64,000 nt of DNA from Rhizophagus irregularis (taxonomy: Eukaryota): contig NC_089431.1 of assembly GCF_026210795.1 (NCBI RefSeq), positions 310,001 through 374,000 of the forward strand, in the 5' to 3' direction. Under the pieces are notes generated by a model. That model was not told where the DNA came from. It did no database searches and was given only the letters and a program-made list of their open reading frames with translations. Below, in pieces: positions 51,147 to 64,000 of the stretch. The stretch's first letter is position 1; each line of letters begins with the position of its first letter. A program made the translations under genes and the position numbers.

Positions 51147-51545
51147 ATGGGCATTATCGTTATAGAAGGTAAATATTGTCACTAATGGAATAATTTTCAT
51201 TTCATTTCATCTTTAATTAATTCGCCTGTTTTTTATGGTTTAGGTCAACATTGCCGTATAGAATTTAGTTATGACATTTACATAGAATTGTTGCATCGCT
51301 TTGGCGATCCTGAAGGACTAATTGCTACGTTAAATCATATATCCGACACCGGTTCCGTAAATCATATTATGGAAACGGCGTCTACGTATTAAAATATTGG
51401 GAAACGAATCTATTTCAACAAACAGAATACGAAATATAACCTACACTTCCTATAAAAGTAGGATCAGGGTCATATGTTTGAGTATCGGAGAAAGTGAGAT
51501 GTTGGAACATACTGGGGGTCAAGTGGATATGTGGATTTCTTTGTG
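51147..51545 (+). pseudogene. Possible retropepsin-like aspartic protease relic
   Basis: Spliced start MGIIVIE|GQHCRIEF...HISDTGSVNHI, then stops, then NILGVKWI. DTGS and ILGxxW are retropepsin-type motifs. Confidence 0.3.
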
Positions 51546-52738
51546 GATGACGACCGGAGTTGGACAATCGAGTTACTACGGGATGGTGAAAATGCGTCTA
51601 GCCATAAGAGTCGCTTCTCTTCTAACATTACAAATTTTACAAATTGTTGAAGATAAAGAATTAATTTTTTATGTATAATTAAACTTCTAATTCTAACTTA
51701 GTTTATAAAACATTTTTTTATTTTCCTAAGTATACGATGAAGCAGATTCACGTTTGGCAGGCCATGTAATACTACTTTAATTTATGAACCCAATCCTTTA
51801 CCAAATCCTTGTGTTTTATTTCTAATAATTGCAATAATTAAACATTTCAGAATCTTATTTATTTATTCTTTATTATAAATCGAATTTTCAAAGAATTATT
51901 TTTTAAAACTTGTTATAATAATAAATTCTGATATATAAAAGAATTCTGTGAAGAATTGCCAACATAAAATAATAAACTGTACCTGAGTTTGGCAATTTAT
52001 GATAATGTCACGCTGTCTCTCAAAAATATATATCAAAAAGATGAAAAAGATGTAAGTAGTATTACGTTTATTTATTAATAATAATTGAATATGATAAATT
52101 TGTGCAGCATCTGATTGACCATATTCACCCATTTTACGACACCTACCGATGCCATTAAAATTTTCATGAAAATAAAATAAGTCGTTTATATTTGTCAAAT
52201 GAAAAGGAAGTATAATTCTGTAAAGATTTCACGTGACTTCATATAATTTGTCACACCGGCCAATAATTTTGATTTAAATCACGTAATTATAATATACTGC
52301 GTATCGATATCTTTGAACGGAATCTTGTCTTTTGTATTTTACTCGTAACACTCGTAACTAACTGTACAAGATAAAATATCAATTATATCAGTTTTTTATA
52401 CACTCTTTATCAAAAGTATAAGGCGATTTAGCTATATGAATATGATAAATATATATTATATAGTATAATATAGACAAATTTTATACTTAATCATGAGTCA
52501 TCTTTGTGTAAATTTACGCAACTTTTTATACTCACCATAACTATTAATTTTTATCGAAGTATCTTATTTGCTGTATTACGTCACTACAAGCCATAAGAGT
52601 CCATGTCACTGTATTCAGAAAATATATATAAATACCCTCATCTTAGCTCTCTACATTTTGATCTTTCTTTCCCACAATGCGAAAAAAAAAGAAAAAAAAT
52701 AGTAAGATTCCATTGTATTTTCTCTACAGTTGTTTCTT

Positions 52739-52952
52739 AAAAAAATAATATTCTTTTATTTTATAAATAAACTTAAAGATAATCTGTCACTGTAAAAAAA
52801 TAATATTCTTTTAATTTATAAATAAACTTAAAGATAATCTGTCACTGTAAAAAAATAATATTCTTTTATTTTATAAATAAGCTTAAAGATAATCTGTCAC
52901 TGTAAAAAAATAATATTCTTTTATTTTATAAATAAAGATAATCTGTCACTGT
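52739..52952. repeat. 55-bp tandem repeat x4 (last unit shortened)
   Basis: Units end in GATAATCTGTCACTGT at 52793, 52848, 52903 and 52952. Confidence 0.92.
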
Positions 52953-52993
52953 AAATTCTAAATTAAAATTTCCCCTCGACATAACGCGACACC

Positions 52994-53644
52994 ATGAATG
53001 ATCCTAGCCAAATGCTGAAGGTTAGGATTAAAGCCTTAAAAGACGAAACTTCTAACCTTATGGAAGAAATTGTAGGATATGTCAGTGACGGAAATACGAA
53101 CGAGTGTTTAAGAAGTTTGGGAATTTTAGAGAATACGCTAAAGAAAACTTATGAGTTAGTGGACAGTCTCTATGATCGTATAGATGAGTTAGAGCGGAAA
53201 GTTAATGAGTTAAACCAGGAAGTGAACAGGTTAAAAGATCAAATAAAATATACGAAATTTTTTAGTGACTATCACGACTGGGCAAAAACATTTATGCAAT
53301 TGTTAATAGAAAAGCTGGGAGGAATAGATCATTGGAATAAGGTAGAAACTGGTCTTAATTATATCGATCGTAACGAGCCAATAAAAGCGAAGGAATCTGA
53401 ATGTCTCAACCAATTAAAGAACTTATTAAATAAAGATGAGAATAAGGATATCGGATTGGATTTCACTGATATAAAGTTCATATTAGAAGTGAGAGATACT
53501 AGTAATGTTATGTTTCATAAGAACAAGCAAACTTCGAGGGATGCAGAAATGAAACTTAATGTTGAAACACTTCCTGATGACTTAAAGGTATATAAACCAC
53601 CATTGAAAAAAGCCTTTAAGGCAATTAATAGATGGCGCTCATAA
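52994..53644 (+). CDS. Hypothetical coiled-coil protein, 216 aa, single exon
   Basis: Long clean ORF in ACCATG context with heptads LYDRIDELERKVNELNQEVNRLKDQI. TATA-like TATATAAATA at ~52625. Confidence 0.75.
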   Translation: MNDPSQMLKVRIKALKDETSNLMEEIVGYVSDGNTNECLRSLGILENTLKKTYELVDSLYDRIDELERKVNELNQEVNRLKDQIKYTKFFSDYHDWAKTFMQLLIEKLGGIDHWNKVETGLNYIDRNEPIKAKESECLNQLKNLLNKDENKDIGLDFTDIKFILEVRDTSNVMFHKNKQTSRDAEMKLNVETLPDDLKVYKPPLKKAFKAINRWRS

Positions 53645-54575
53645 ATTTCAGGAAAGTGTTGATGAATTTGTAGTAAACATATTGAGGTTATTTAGTTTTT
53701 TAAAGAAAATACTAATATTGTGCGAAACTATGTATGATAAAACTTAAATCATTGGTAATGCAAAGTATATTAGCTTAGATCGATAAATCTGTTTAATGTA
53801 TTAAAATTAAAATTACAAATAAAATACTATATTTACGAAACGTTTTTTAAGAAAATTTGATCATAGTTACATATTGTGCAATAAATGTTGCCTCTTGCAA
53901 TACTGTATATGAAATAAAGTAACTCACATGATATCCCTATATCTGATGTAATTATGTTTTCACGACTTTACCTGCTATTATCAGAGAACTTAAGAGCGTA
54001 ACTCCAAAGGATAGACTTTGTGTTCTCAGAATATGCTTCTAATACCTCCTCAAATAAAGTTCCCGGACTTACCGGTGCTTTGATATTATCACGAGTCAAA
54101 TAACATTTTTTATTTTCTTGACTACCGATCCACCATTCACAAATCAGATCCTCATGATATTTTTTGTATAAAGGTGAGCGAAGTTTTCTGTAAATGTCTA
54201 CTTGATGCACATCTTTTATCGTGCCAAAGATTAATTATAAGCATAAATTGAGCTCTTTGAAACGATTTACCCCTCTGCATGTTCAGGACTCCCTTTCAAT
54301 AGCACTGATCACTTTGTAATTGCTTTGGAAGGTTTTGAACTTCTTGCCAGAAACATGAATAGATGTCTATGATTTTTCACCTAGAGAATTAGAGGCATGT
54401 GGTAAAGGAATAGGTGCGGTTGATATGAAGATTCGGTCACGTGTCCGTTCCAATTTGGAACGCAGATCAAGAAAAATTTTTTATTATTACATGCGAAAAA
54501 TAAATACAAATGTTCGGGACTTAGCCCGGGATACATAAATTTTCTATGCTAATGGTGGCGGACTATTATATATGA

Positions 54576-54788
54576 TTATTCTTTTTTGAAATACCCTTGA
54601 ACCCGTTGCTTCTTCATCACCGGCTCCTTCTCTACGTCTACCCTATCCTTTAATAATCCTACGATAACCTCCATCACCCGCTTCACATTTTTACACAACT
54701 CCTTTTCTTCCTCCGAACCTTCTTCCAAGGCAGACTCGGTAAAGCGGATATTAAGAGGATTTTTACTTGTGCATGATATTCCGTCCGA
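54576..54788 (-). pseudogene. Orphan C-terminal fragment of a multicopy AM-fungal (Crinkler/REase-associated) family
   Basis: 70 open codons, SDGISCTSKNPLNIRFTESALEEGSEEEKELCKNVKRVMEVIVGLLKDRVDVEKEPVMKKQRVQGYFKKE*, with an in-frame stop just upstream. Family assignment is from memory. Confidence 0.5.
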
Positions 54789-55334
54789 TCGCTAGTGAAG
54801 CTAAAGGTGAATCCACACCCATTTTATACATTTTACAATCAGTTCCACAGCAAGGTTCCCAAAAGAATCACCCATCAATGCTAGTATAATTAGAAGAGAG
54901 AACCCGCGTCGAAATAATACAGGCCTGAAATAATTGTGAAAATGATATCATGTATATACCCCTCATAGATTCTAATTGCTCTATTTCCATTTTTGAATTT
55001 CTTTTTAACGACGCCCTGTCTTACGATCCGCAAAATGTAAATTAAGGATGTTTTTTTTTATTAGTAACTCAGAACTGCGTAATGAGCGAGATAGAACATA
55101 CCAGAACTTCTTTCGGCTTGGCGCTGGGGAAAGTTCATCAATATGTCAACACAAAAATATCTGAAGGCATTTCATAAGATCTTCATTGTTACGAAAATAG
55201 CACTCTGTTGATCAGCAATTATGACGAAAACAACACAAGAATAATTGGTTTATTAGTAGATCCTCTAAAAATAAACGACTGCGGTCCACATGAAAAAAAG
55301 GAGTTGTGGTATGTTATAATATTAGTTATAACCT

Positions 55335-55785
55335 ATGACTCATGACTAATCAATTTCATTCAAAAAAAAGTATATAAATACCTTTAACTTCCCTTCGTCT
55401 TTTATGTGTTTGTGTATGGTGTGTGGTTGTGTGGGAGGGTGTGTGGTGTGTGGTGTGTGGTGTGTGGTGTGTGTGGGAGGGTGTGTGGTGTGTGGTGTGT
55501 GTGGGAGGGTATGTGGTGTGTGTGGTGTGTGTGGGAGAGTGTGACGTGTGGTGTATGTTTTGTTTTCCCTCGCTCTTTTTTCTTTCCCTTCCCCTCCCCT
55601 TCCCTTTTTTCGAGGTCCTGATCAATGTTGCTGCACCTCAACGTTGGTGATCAGGTGACAACAAGTTTTTTTTTAAAGACTTGGCTAAGTCAGCAACAAT
55701 ATAAGCCGCCATTAATCTGATTATTTTTATCAAATACCCAATCATTATACTTGAAATATACTTAAAAATGTTAGCTCTTAAACAA
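55335..55785 (-). mobile_element. Microsatellite-bearing interspersed repeat, copy 2
   Basis: Same flanks as 40413-40864, with a longer TGTGG core. Confidence 0.6.
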
Positions 55786-57237
55786 AATCCCATAATTTAT
55801 TTGTTAATAAACTTTAGTATTTCGTTATCATCATCATCATCACAAAATAAGTTTCGGTTTATTATATACAATACAGTATTTACATTTAATATTGAATCTT
55901 TTAATAATAAAAAAAAAATTATTTTCGGATACTGTATGATTGATTATTATGATTAAATGAATACTTTAATTAATAATTAAACGACCAGGATTCCCAAATT
56001 ATTGATCACTCGATCAAATACTATTACAAGTCATCACGGTCAAAAGATTATAGCGTATACCGCTATAACTTCCATTACTGCTAAATTAGTTAGGATACAG
56101 GAATAACCAGCCGTGTAAGCTCTAGTTAATAACGTCACATTAATATTTGAATTTTATGAGAAAAAAAAGGAATAAATAACAAATAAACCCGACTGGTTAC
56201 ATGCCGGAAAAAATAAGGTACCGCCGTCGTTGTCGGCCTATTATTTTACTGTCGATGAGAATAATTGTTAATAATATTTTGAGGAAATCTATTCGCTTTT
56301 GAAATATGTTGCCATCATCGAGCATCGACTCAGCCATTCAGCCGTCGCAACCACCATAAGTATACATAGAACAAATCATTACGTCACTACGGAGAATATA
56401 CTGAACTAAAGATAGAAGGAGCAGTAGGTTGGCAGAAGGCTGAGGAATAGAACATTAAATCTTTGAATAATCTCGAGTCTACGATTAGATATTAATATAC
56501 TGTATAAAAATATATGTGAAGTTCAATTAATAATTAGCAAGATTGGTGCATATGCCTGAGTGGGAATAAAAGAAATATGCTTCGAAATTAATTTTTATTT
56601 ACTTATAAACGGAATTTGAATGATATAGAATCATTATTATCGTTATTGTTCCTATTAATTTGGCTAGGTACTAGTTTCATCTTTTGTTATGAACAACTTA
56701 TTTGATTGTTCTAGTTATCGAAACACAAAAATTTTATATGACAATCGTAATATGAAATTTTTGCGTGACACGCTTTATATTTCATTTTCTAGTATTATAA
56801 TAAAGCTAACACGAGGATTTTATTGAGATGATTATTAACCAACCATACGGCCTATATTCATAATTAAATAAATACTCCGAATTCCGATTTTTTGATTGTA
56901 TTATTATTATTTTTTTTTTATCATTTAGAAAATCCCAAATAAAGAATATTTATTTCCTGAAATCGTTATTGTTTCTATTAATTTGGCTTTTCATTAAACC
57001 TTTATTGGATTGTTTTTTTTTCTTAGGTGGTACAAGAACGGTTTGATTAACTCCGAATTCCGACCATTTACCGTTTCTTTTATAAATTTGTTTGTATTTT
57101 TGAATTATTTAAAATATTTAGAATATTTAGAATATTTAGAATCTCAAATTTCAAAAAAAAAGTATATTACTTTTTACTTTTTTTTTTATAAAAATATAAT
57201 TTATTTTTTTTTTTGAAATTAAAATTAAATTATTAGT

Positions 57238-58780
57238 ATGGAGGAACCAAAGAATTTATGGAATGATGTTGATCATGAAAAATATCAGGTAACGTTATCT
57301 TTTAATAATTTTACGTAAAAAAAAAAATTTTCTAAATTTTAATTAATTAATTAAATAATAAATAATAATTAATAATAATAATAATTTTTTTATTTTAATA
57401 AAGAATCATGTTACGATTTCATTTGATTCAACTTCAGAATCAGAAGAAAGTTTAGTTTATATGAAAGATATAGAAAAAAGAAAAAAAGTATATGGAATAT
57501 GTGGAGAATGTAAAGAACCTGGTACAGGATGGAAATGGTGTCAACCTTGTAATTCTAAGAGATCAAGAAAAAATTTTATTAATTGGACAAGTTATAATAA
57601 TGATATTGATGAATTAATACAACTATCACAACTTAATGCTGTTTATTATAAATCAAGACTTGAATGGATACCTTTTGAAAAATTTCAAAATATCACTTAT
57701 ATTACAAAAGGTAATAATAGTAAAATTTATTCAGCTAAATGGAATGAAGGATGTATTAGATATTGGGATATTGAAAAACAAAAATGGAGTAGAAATCCAA
57801 AAATTGTTGCATTAAAAAGTTTGAATAATTCTAATGATATTGATATAGTTACGAATCTTTTAAATAGGGTAATTATAAAAAAAAAATTTTTTTTTAAGTA
57901 TTAAAAAAGATTGTTACAAAAATTGTTATTTATATATTTATTTATTATTTATTTTTTTTTTAAAAAAAACTTGCTCTATTTTTAGGTTAAAACTTATCTT
58001 CAAATTTATCTTTTTAATGTCGTTCATTGTTATGGAATAACACAAGATCCAAATACTAAAGAGTATATAATGGTTTTAAATTATTGTGAAAATGGAGATT
58101 TGAGAAATTATTATTTAAATTCACCTGATATGAATTTTGGAACAAAAATTTTTTTATTATTAGGAATTGCAAGAGGACTTTTAAATATTCATAGTGCTGG
58201 AAAAGCTCATAATAATCTTCATTCTAGTAATATACTATTTAGAAAGACTGCATATATAAGTGGTTTAGGAATGTGTCAACCAGCACAATCAGATAAAAAA
58301 GAAGAAATTTATGGAGTATTACCATATATCGCACCAGAAGTTTTACGTGAATATCAATATACAAAAGCATCAGATATTTATTCATTTGGAATAATTATGA
58401 ATGAATTTCTTTCTGAAGAAATTCCTTTTAATGATATTCCTCATGATGAATCTTTGGCTGTTAAAATATGTAAAGGATTTAGACCAAAGATTTTAGAAGA
58501 TACACCAAAATTCCTTAAAGATTTGATTATTAAATGTTGGGATGATAAAATAGAAAATAGACCAACTATTGATGAATTATATCAATTATTAAAAAAATGG
58601 AATGATGATATTAAAGGTAATAAAGATAATGAAATTTGTTCTCAAATAAAAGAATGTGATGAAATTAGAGAGAAAAAATTTAAAAACAAATCAAATGAAG
58701 AGAAACCTGAATCACATCCACAAGCAATTTATACCAATAGAATTTTAAATTTTAAAAATCTTACGGAATTATTAAATTAG
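57238..58780 (+). CDS. Kinase array copy K5: predicted pseudokinase, ~436 aa, 3 exons
   Basis: Exons 57238-57288, 57404-57868 and 57986-58780 total 1311 nt in an open frame. The Gly loop reads KGNNSK, the catalytic loop HNNLHSSN, and the DFG position SGLG. Confidence 0.85.
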
Positions 58781-60603
58781 TTCAGGTTTAAAAGGTATTG
58801 AATTCGACATTTTTTTTATTAGTTTATTACAATAGTATGGATTTTATTTTTATTATATCTTGAATTATTATTTATTTATATAATTATGTATCAGTTTAGC
58901 GTATTTATATATATATATATTAATAAAGAAATATTATTTTATTGGATTAATTATTTTATTGGATTAACGTAAAAAATATCGAGATGTGAAATAAACTATA
59001 AAAAAATCTTGAATTCTTGAACGATCTATTTTATTATTTGTAATTCTTAGAAGTGATTGAAATCGAAAAATTATTATATTTATTCATTGAGACGAGACGT
59101 CACGACGATTACTAAATAATAATGTTAGACCATTTGACAAGGAACGGGTACCGTTACACAGTCCGAAGTATCGTTATTGATTTCCAATACCAAAAATTAT
59201 CAAAAATGATAACTTTGTAAAATATGCAGAACATGCATATGCCCGCATGAGTTTACTTAAAGCATTTCATCTTTCATAATAGTATATAGTCTTCCTTTAC
59301 GCATTAGTAAAACTTGTATATGAATAAACCGCGAGAGATAAGGTCAATCATCGTCCGACCAAATAGTCAATATGTTTTAACGTGAAAATCTAAGCGAATT
59401 ATATGGAAACGTTCAAAGCGGGCGTTGAAATCCTAAAGTAGATTTATTTAGAATCGATAAAACCATTGTCTAAACTATCAAATGAGAAAAAAATTATACG
59501 TTCAAAATATGTACTACAAGTATAATGTCGAGATTGAAACCATTCAATCAATAATCACCACGATATTTGAAATTTAAAATATTAGTACCCAAGTACTCAA
59601 ATAGAATTCACTTGATAAAGATATAAATTTATAACCAATTAACCAATCAAACAAAATTTTTGACATCATGAAATTTTTTTTATAACTCACAATAATTTTA
59701 ATAAATAAAATAATTTAATTAATAGTACCTAAAATTTTTATTTTATTTTATATTTTTTTTCAAAAAAATTTTTTTTTTTTCTCGTAATTTTTTTTTAGGG
59801 GACAAATTTTCAAATTATACTAAGTAAATTAAACTAAAGTATACTAAAGTAACAAATAATAATAAAATAAAAAATAAAAAAATAAAATAAAATAAAATAA
59901 AATAAAATATTTTTGGTAATATTAATTTTTTTTTTAAAAAAAAAAAATTTTTGTTTCGTTAATTGAAATATTGATGAGATTTTTGTTTTTTTAAATAGGA
60001 TAAATAAATGATTGAAATTGTTCTTTCGATTCGATAGTAAATTTTGATTTTTAAGAGGGGGGATATTTGATCTGATAATTATAGATAACTATTGATAATT
60101 ATAGATAATTATAGATATTTTTTTTAAAAGATTGTCTTTTTTTTCGTGAATAAAGAGGGGATCGATGATAATTTTATCTCAAAAAGTAAATAAATTCTCT
60201 CTCTTTTCAAAAGATTGTTCGTTCTCAGAAAATGAATGTATATGAGGAACTAAATTAGAGCTTACTTTTTTTTTTTAAAAAAAAAGCAAAAACTATTAAC
60301 TTTAAAACTATATATAATAATAAAGAATCAAAGTTGAGAGAAATAAAGGAATATCAAATTCACATCTTTTTTTCTCAACTCAATCCCAAAAAAAATATAA
60401 TATACTAATCTACAATAAAGTAAACTCTAAAAAAACCTCTATTTTTTTTCTTTTTCTATTTTTCTTATTTTTTTTTCCAATATATATTTATTTACCCAGA
60501 AGTCCTTTAAATGTCCAAAATAAAGAAAAAAATAAAAATTTAAATATATTACATAAATATTACATCAAATCCTACATAAATAAACGTAGGTTGTATGAAT
60601 TTT

Positions 60604-62325
60604 TTAAGGAAAAGCGGACGTTGATGTATCATCATTATCTGATGTTGACGCATGTGGATTAGTCGTATATAGTGTAGGCAAATGTGGTATAGAAGTATGT
60701 GTAGAAGTATGTGATGTAGAAGCATGTGAAGTATAAATATGTGGTGGAGAAAATGGAGATTGTGGTGGAGAAGTAGATGCAAAACTTCCTGATGTAGGTG
60801 ATGTAATACTTATAGGAGAATCTAATTGTGCCGAACCTCTACGAGTTGAAGCTGTAACAACAGGAGCGGGCCAACGTAACAAAGGAACATCAGAATCCGT
60901 AGAATTCTCACGTGAATGGTATAAACTTTCCGCGTCTGAATATACTTGTTCCATAATTGGAGATTGTGAAGCGTCAGATATTGAGTTTGATAATGTTGGA
61001 ATTATTATATTTTCCAATCGTGGTTCTGATTTATCAGGTACTCGCATCTCACTATAATTACCAAAATGATGAAAAAAAAAAGTTAGACACATTATTAACA
61101 TAAATTAACATAGATTAAAATAATTAAAATAATTAAGGTACATACCCATAGGCGATTCCAGCCATTACAAAGATGTTTAATATCATGGGCATCCAATTTG
61201 TAACAGAAGCTAATACTTTGCTAGTTTCGATATTATTTATGATCTTGTCGCTCAAGAAGGCGTATACCCCTAAGATAATACCCAAAGCTACAAAGCTTAG
61301 AATAAACGCTGAATTTATTAAACGCATCTAAATATATAAATAAATTTAAAAGTTAATACATTTGGATGAGATGATTATAGAAATACTATCTATAATATAG
61401 AAATATATATACCTTTCTTACGGAACGTTGCAATTTTCTGTGTTTTATTTCCAATTCAGCACCCATAGTAAAATTGCTTTGAGTATTACGAGATCGAGAA
61501 TTTCTTGAAGGATAACCGCTAACACCTTCTAATAAATGTAAACCTTCACTAGCAATTCCAACCAATTTATTTCCATAAACTAAAAATCCAATAGCTACTA
61601 TAATAGCACTTATAGAACAAGTGCAATAATATATGGACTTAATAATGCTAATCATTTCATTAGAATTACTAGTTGGAAATTGACGAAAATAACCCGAAAA
61701 CACGGCACAAGTAACTCTAATCACACCAAGTACTAAAATATAAGAAATGTATACACCAGCTATACCACGTAAATTTGGAAGGTGTAAAGCGTGTTTATAA
61801 TGTGGATTCTGTCTATAGAAATACATGCGTGGAATTGTACGTAATACTCCCGCTAGATATGTTACGACAGAAACTAATCCAAGGAACCATGAAAAATCCG
61901 ACACTACTTCACGTACTATCCATTGTTCTGGGAATAAGTTATATATTAATATAACACAACTGAAGACCCGAGCTAAATAAAGGAAAAAGAAAAATATTAA
62001 TTTAGCTAATCTTGTTTCGACCGAAAACCGAAAAGAAAAAAACCTATAATAAATTATACATACCACCACCCCAAAATATTTGTATGAGTAAATAACCTTC
62101 TAACGTTAAAAAACCTTTTATTCTAAATAATTTTGTATCCGGTCTACTATAAAGACGCCATGATAATAACCATATAGAACATAAGAATATAAAAAGTGAT
62201 AAATAAGTTGTTACTCCATATACCACTTGAAAATATTCTTGACCGAAACAATTTGATACATTTATTGTCCATTCGCAATTAGATGTTTGTGATGAATTAT
62301 ATTGTGAAGAAGAAGATGATGACAT
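60604..62325 (-). CDS. Seven-transmembrane (GPCR-like) protein, ~483 aa, 4 exons
   Basis: Exons 62325-62064, 61972-61413, 61327-61146 and 61051-60604 total 1452 nt in frame. It has an N-terminal Cys pair with N-glycosylation sequons, about seven hydrophobic segments, and a Ser/Thr/Pro-rich tail. Confidence 0.8.
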
Positions 62326-64000
62326 ATTTAAATTATTATATTAGGTATAAAGGATTATATACAATTATTTACAAAAAGGGTGAGAAAATATTTTTTTTTT
62401 TTATTTCGTTGTTAAGAAATCGAAGGTTTTTATATCTAAAAAATTAACATAGACTAAAAAAGGACTAATTTAGGTAACAAGATAAAAAAAAAAATAAAGT
62501 TTTTATTTGTTTATTCCCAATATTTTTTTATTTTCGGTTTTTTAAAGAGAAAATATAATAAAATATTTTCTCAATAAAATTCCGAAATAAAAAAATAGGT
62601 ATTTTATTAATTAGCTGAAAAGGAGAGAAAAAATTTTTTTTTTTCGAACCCAGGTAAAAAATGGGCGGATTAAATCATGTTTTGATGGTAACATAAATGC
62701 GAGGAGGATTTCACAAAATAGAAAGTAGTATCGTAATATAAATAATTTATTTATTTAGTGATGATAATCTGCAACATACTTTCTCAATGCATAAAAGTAT
62801 AACAAATAATCCATTTATGCAATAATGCAATCAAATTTGCGTCATTACCTACTTTACAATATACAATGAACTATTTAAGTATTTATTTATTTATATTATA
62901 AAAATATATATTATATTAACCTATAAATAATAAGTTCTTACTTATTATGGAGAATGAATTAAATATTAAAAATAGTGAATGTGTGGCGTACATTTTTATC
63001 ATATACAAATCAAATACAGTACTAATTCAAACTTTTACCAAACGGATGATAGCTTAAAACTGTGGCTTGGCAAATAGTTACACAATGCGGAGACAATGAT
63101 GTTAAGTGTTTGTACCGATTTTTTGCTTTGCATAATATGTTCGTTTCAAGTAAAAACCGAAAGGCGAAAGAATCATTATCATCATATTTTTTTACCAAAG
63201 TTTTATAATTATTCTTGGCAGTGTTACGGCTGTGTTATATTAATCCTTAATCTTTTAGCGTTCATTCATTCATCATTATCAACAATAACAACAACTTCAG
63301 CTTCTTATTTGTTTATTTATGTGCACAGCCAATGATATTTTGTTAAAATTGGACGGGAATTATTAAATTTATTCATCATTCATGACCAACTAATACCTTT
63401 CGTAAGTGAAAAAAATCAATAGTTCCAAATAAGTCGTAATTATCATGAATTATTATGTAAGTTGTAAGTTGCTCGTGACAAGGTTCCAGTGTTTTCCCTG
63501 CATATAATCATCATGATTTTCTTGAAAAATTCCCCAATTAGTAAATAATTAAAAAGTATGAAACATGTGAAACGACTTCTGGAACGTTCCCATTCTCAAA
63601 CACTTCATGACCTTGTCACGCAATTCATGACCTTGTCACGCGATGTGTTACATGAAACACGGCTGAAAAATTCTTGTAATTTGCTAAAATTAGTTTTTGC
63701 AAGGCTAGGGTTTCCGTATTGTAACACAATATTGTGGCTTCTTTTTTTTTATGTAGTGATATAAAATAAGGCGTTAGTTTAGTGTGGGGAATATATATTA
63801 AACAAGTTTTTTGGCGGGAATTCTCTTAATTTTTTCCAACCTTCTATTTTAATAATATTATTTTCCCTTATTAACCGACGTTTTAAATTTCTTTGTTTTT
63901 TTTTCAATCACCTTGTCTTAAAAATACCGTTGTTTTTTTTTAAAAGAGTTGTACAACATTTTCGTTAATGGATAAAAATTTCTTATTATGTAAAACAAAA

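Noticed and set aside
55400..55555. Interstitial telomere
   Set aside because: The TG1-3-like tract has conserved flanks in two copies and no TTAGGG; it is better explained as a repeat core.

Overview
Very AT-rich, intron-containing eukaryotic DNA. The gene content (expanded TKL-type kinases with HxDFHSGN/DLG motifs, F-box/LRR, BTB-BACK relic, hAT transposase) points to an arbuscular mycorrhizal fungus such as Rhizophagus (Glomeromycotina); this is an inference, not a database hit. The window is a repeat-rich accessory region between two multi-pass membrane (GPCR-like) genes. It holds a + strand kinase paralog array: two intact copies, one pseudogene with a solo LTR in its promoter, one orphan first exon, and one open-frame pseudokinase. 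It also holds a minus-strand Cys-rich kinase with one frameshift, an F-box/LRR gene with a decayed copy, and a two-exon 65-aa secreted peptide gene missed by the ORF track. Other contents are an intronless ARPC2 pseudogene, a zinc-deaminase-fold ORF, a defective hAT element with a deletion derivative, several MITEs and Helentron/DINE-like repeats, and tandem repeats. Best leads: the deaminase-fold ORF, patchy coding hypervariability between kinase paralogs with near-identical introns, the pseudokinase, and the secreted peptide. I found no rRNA, tRNA or CRISPR. All exon boundaries were read by eye.
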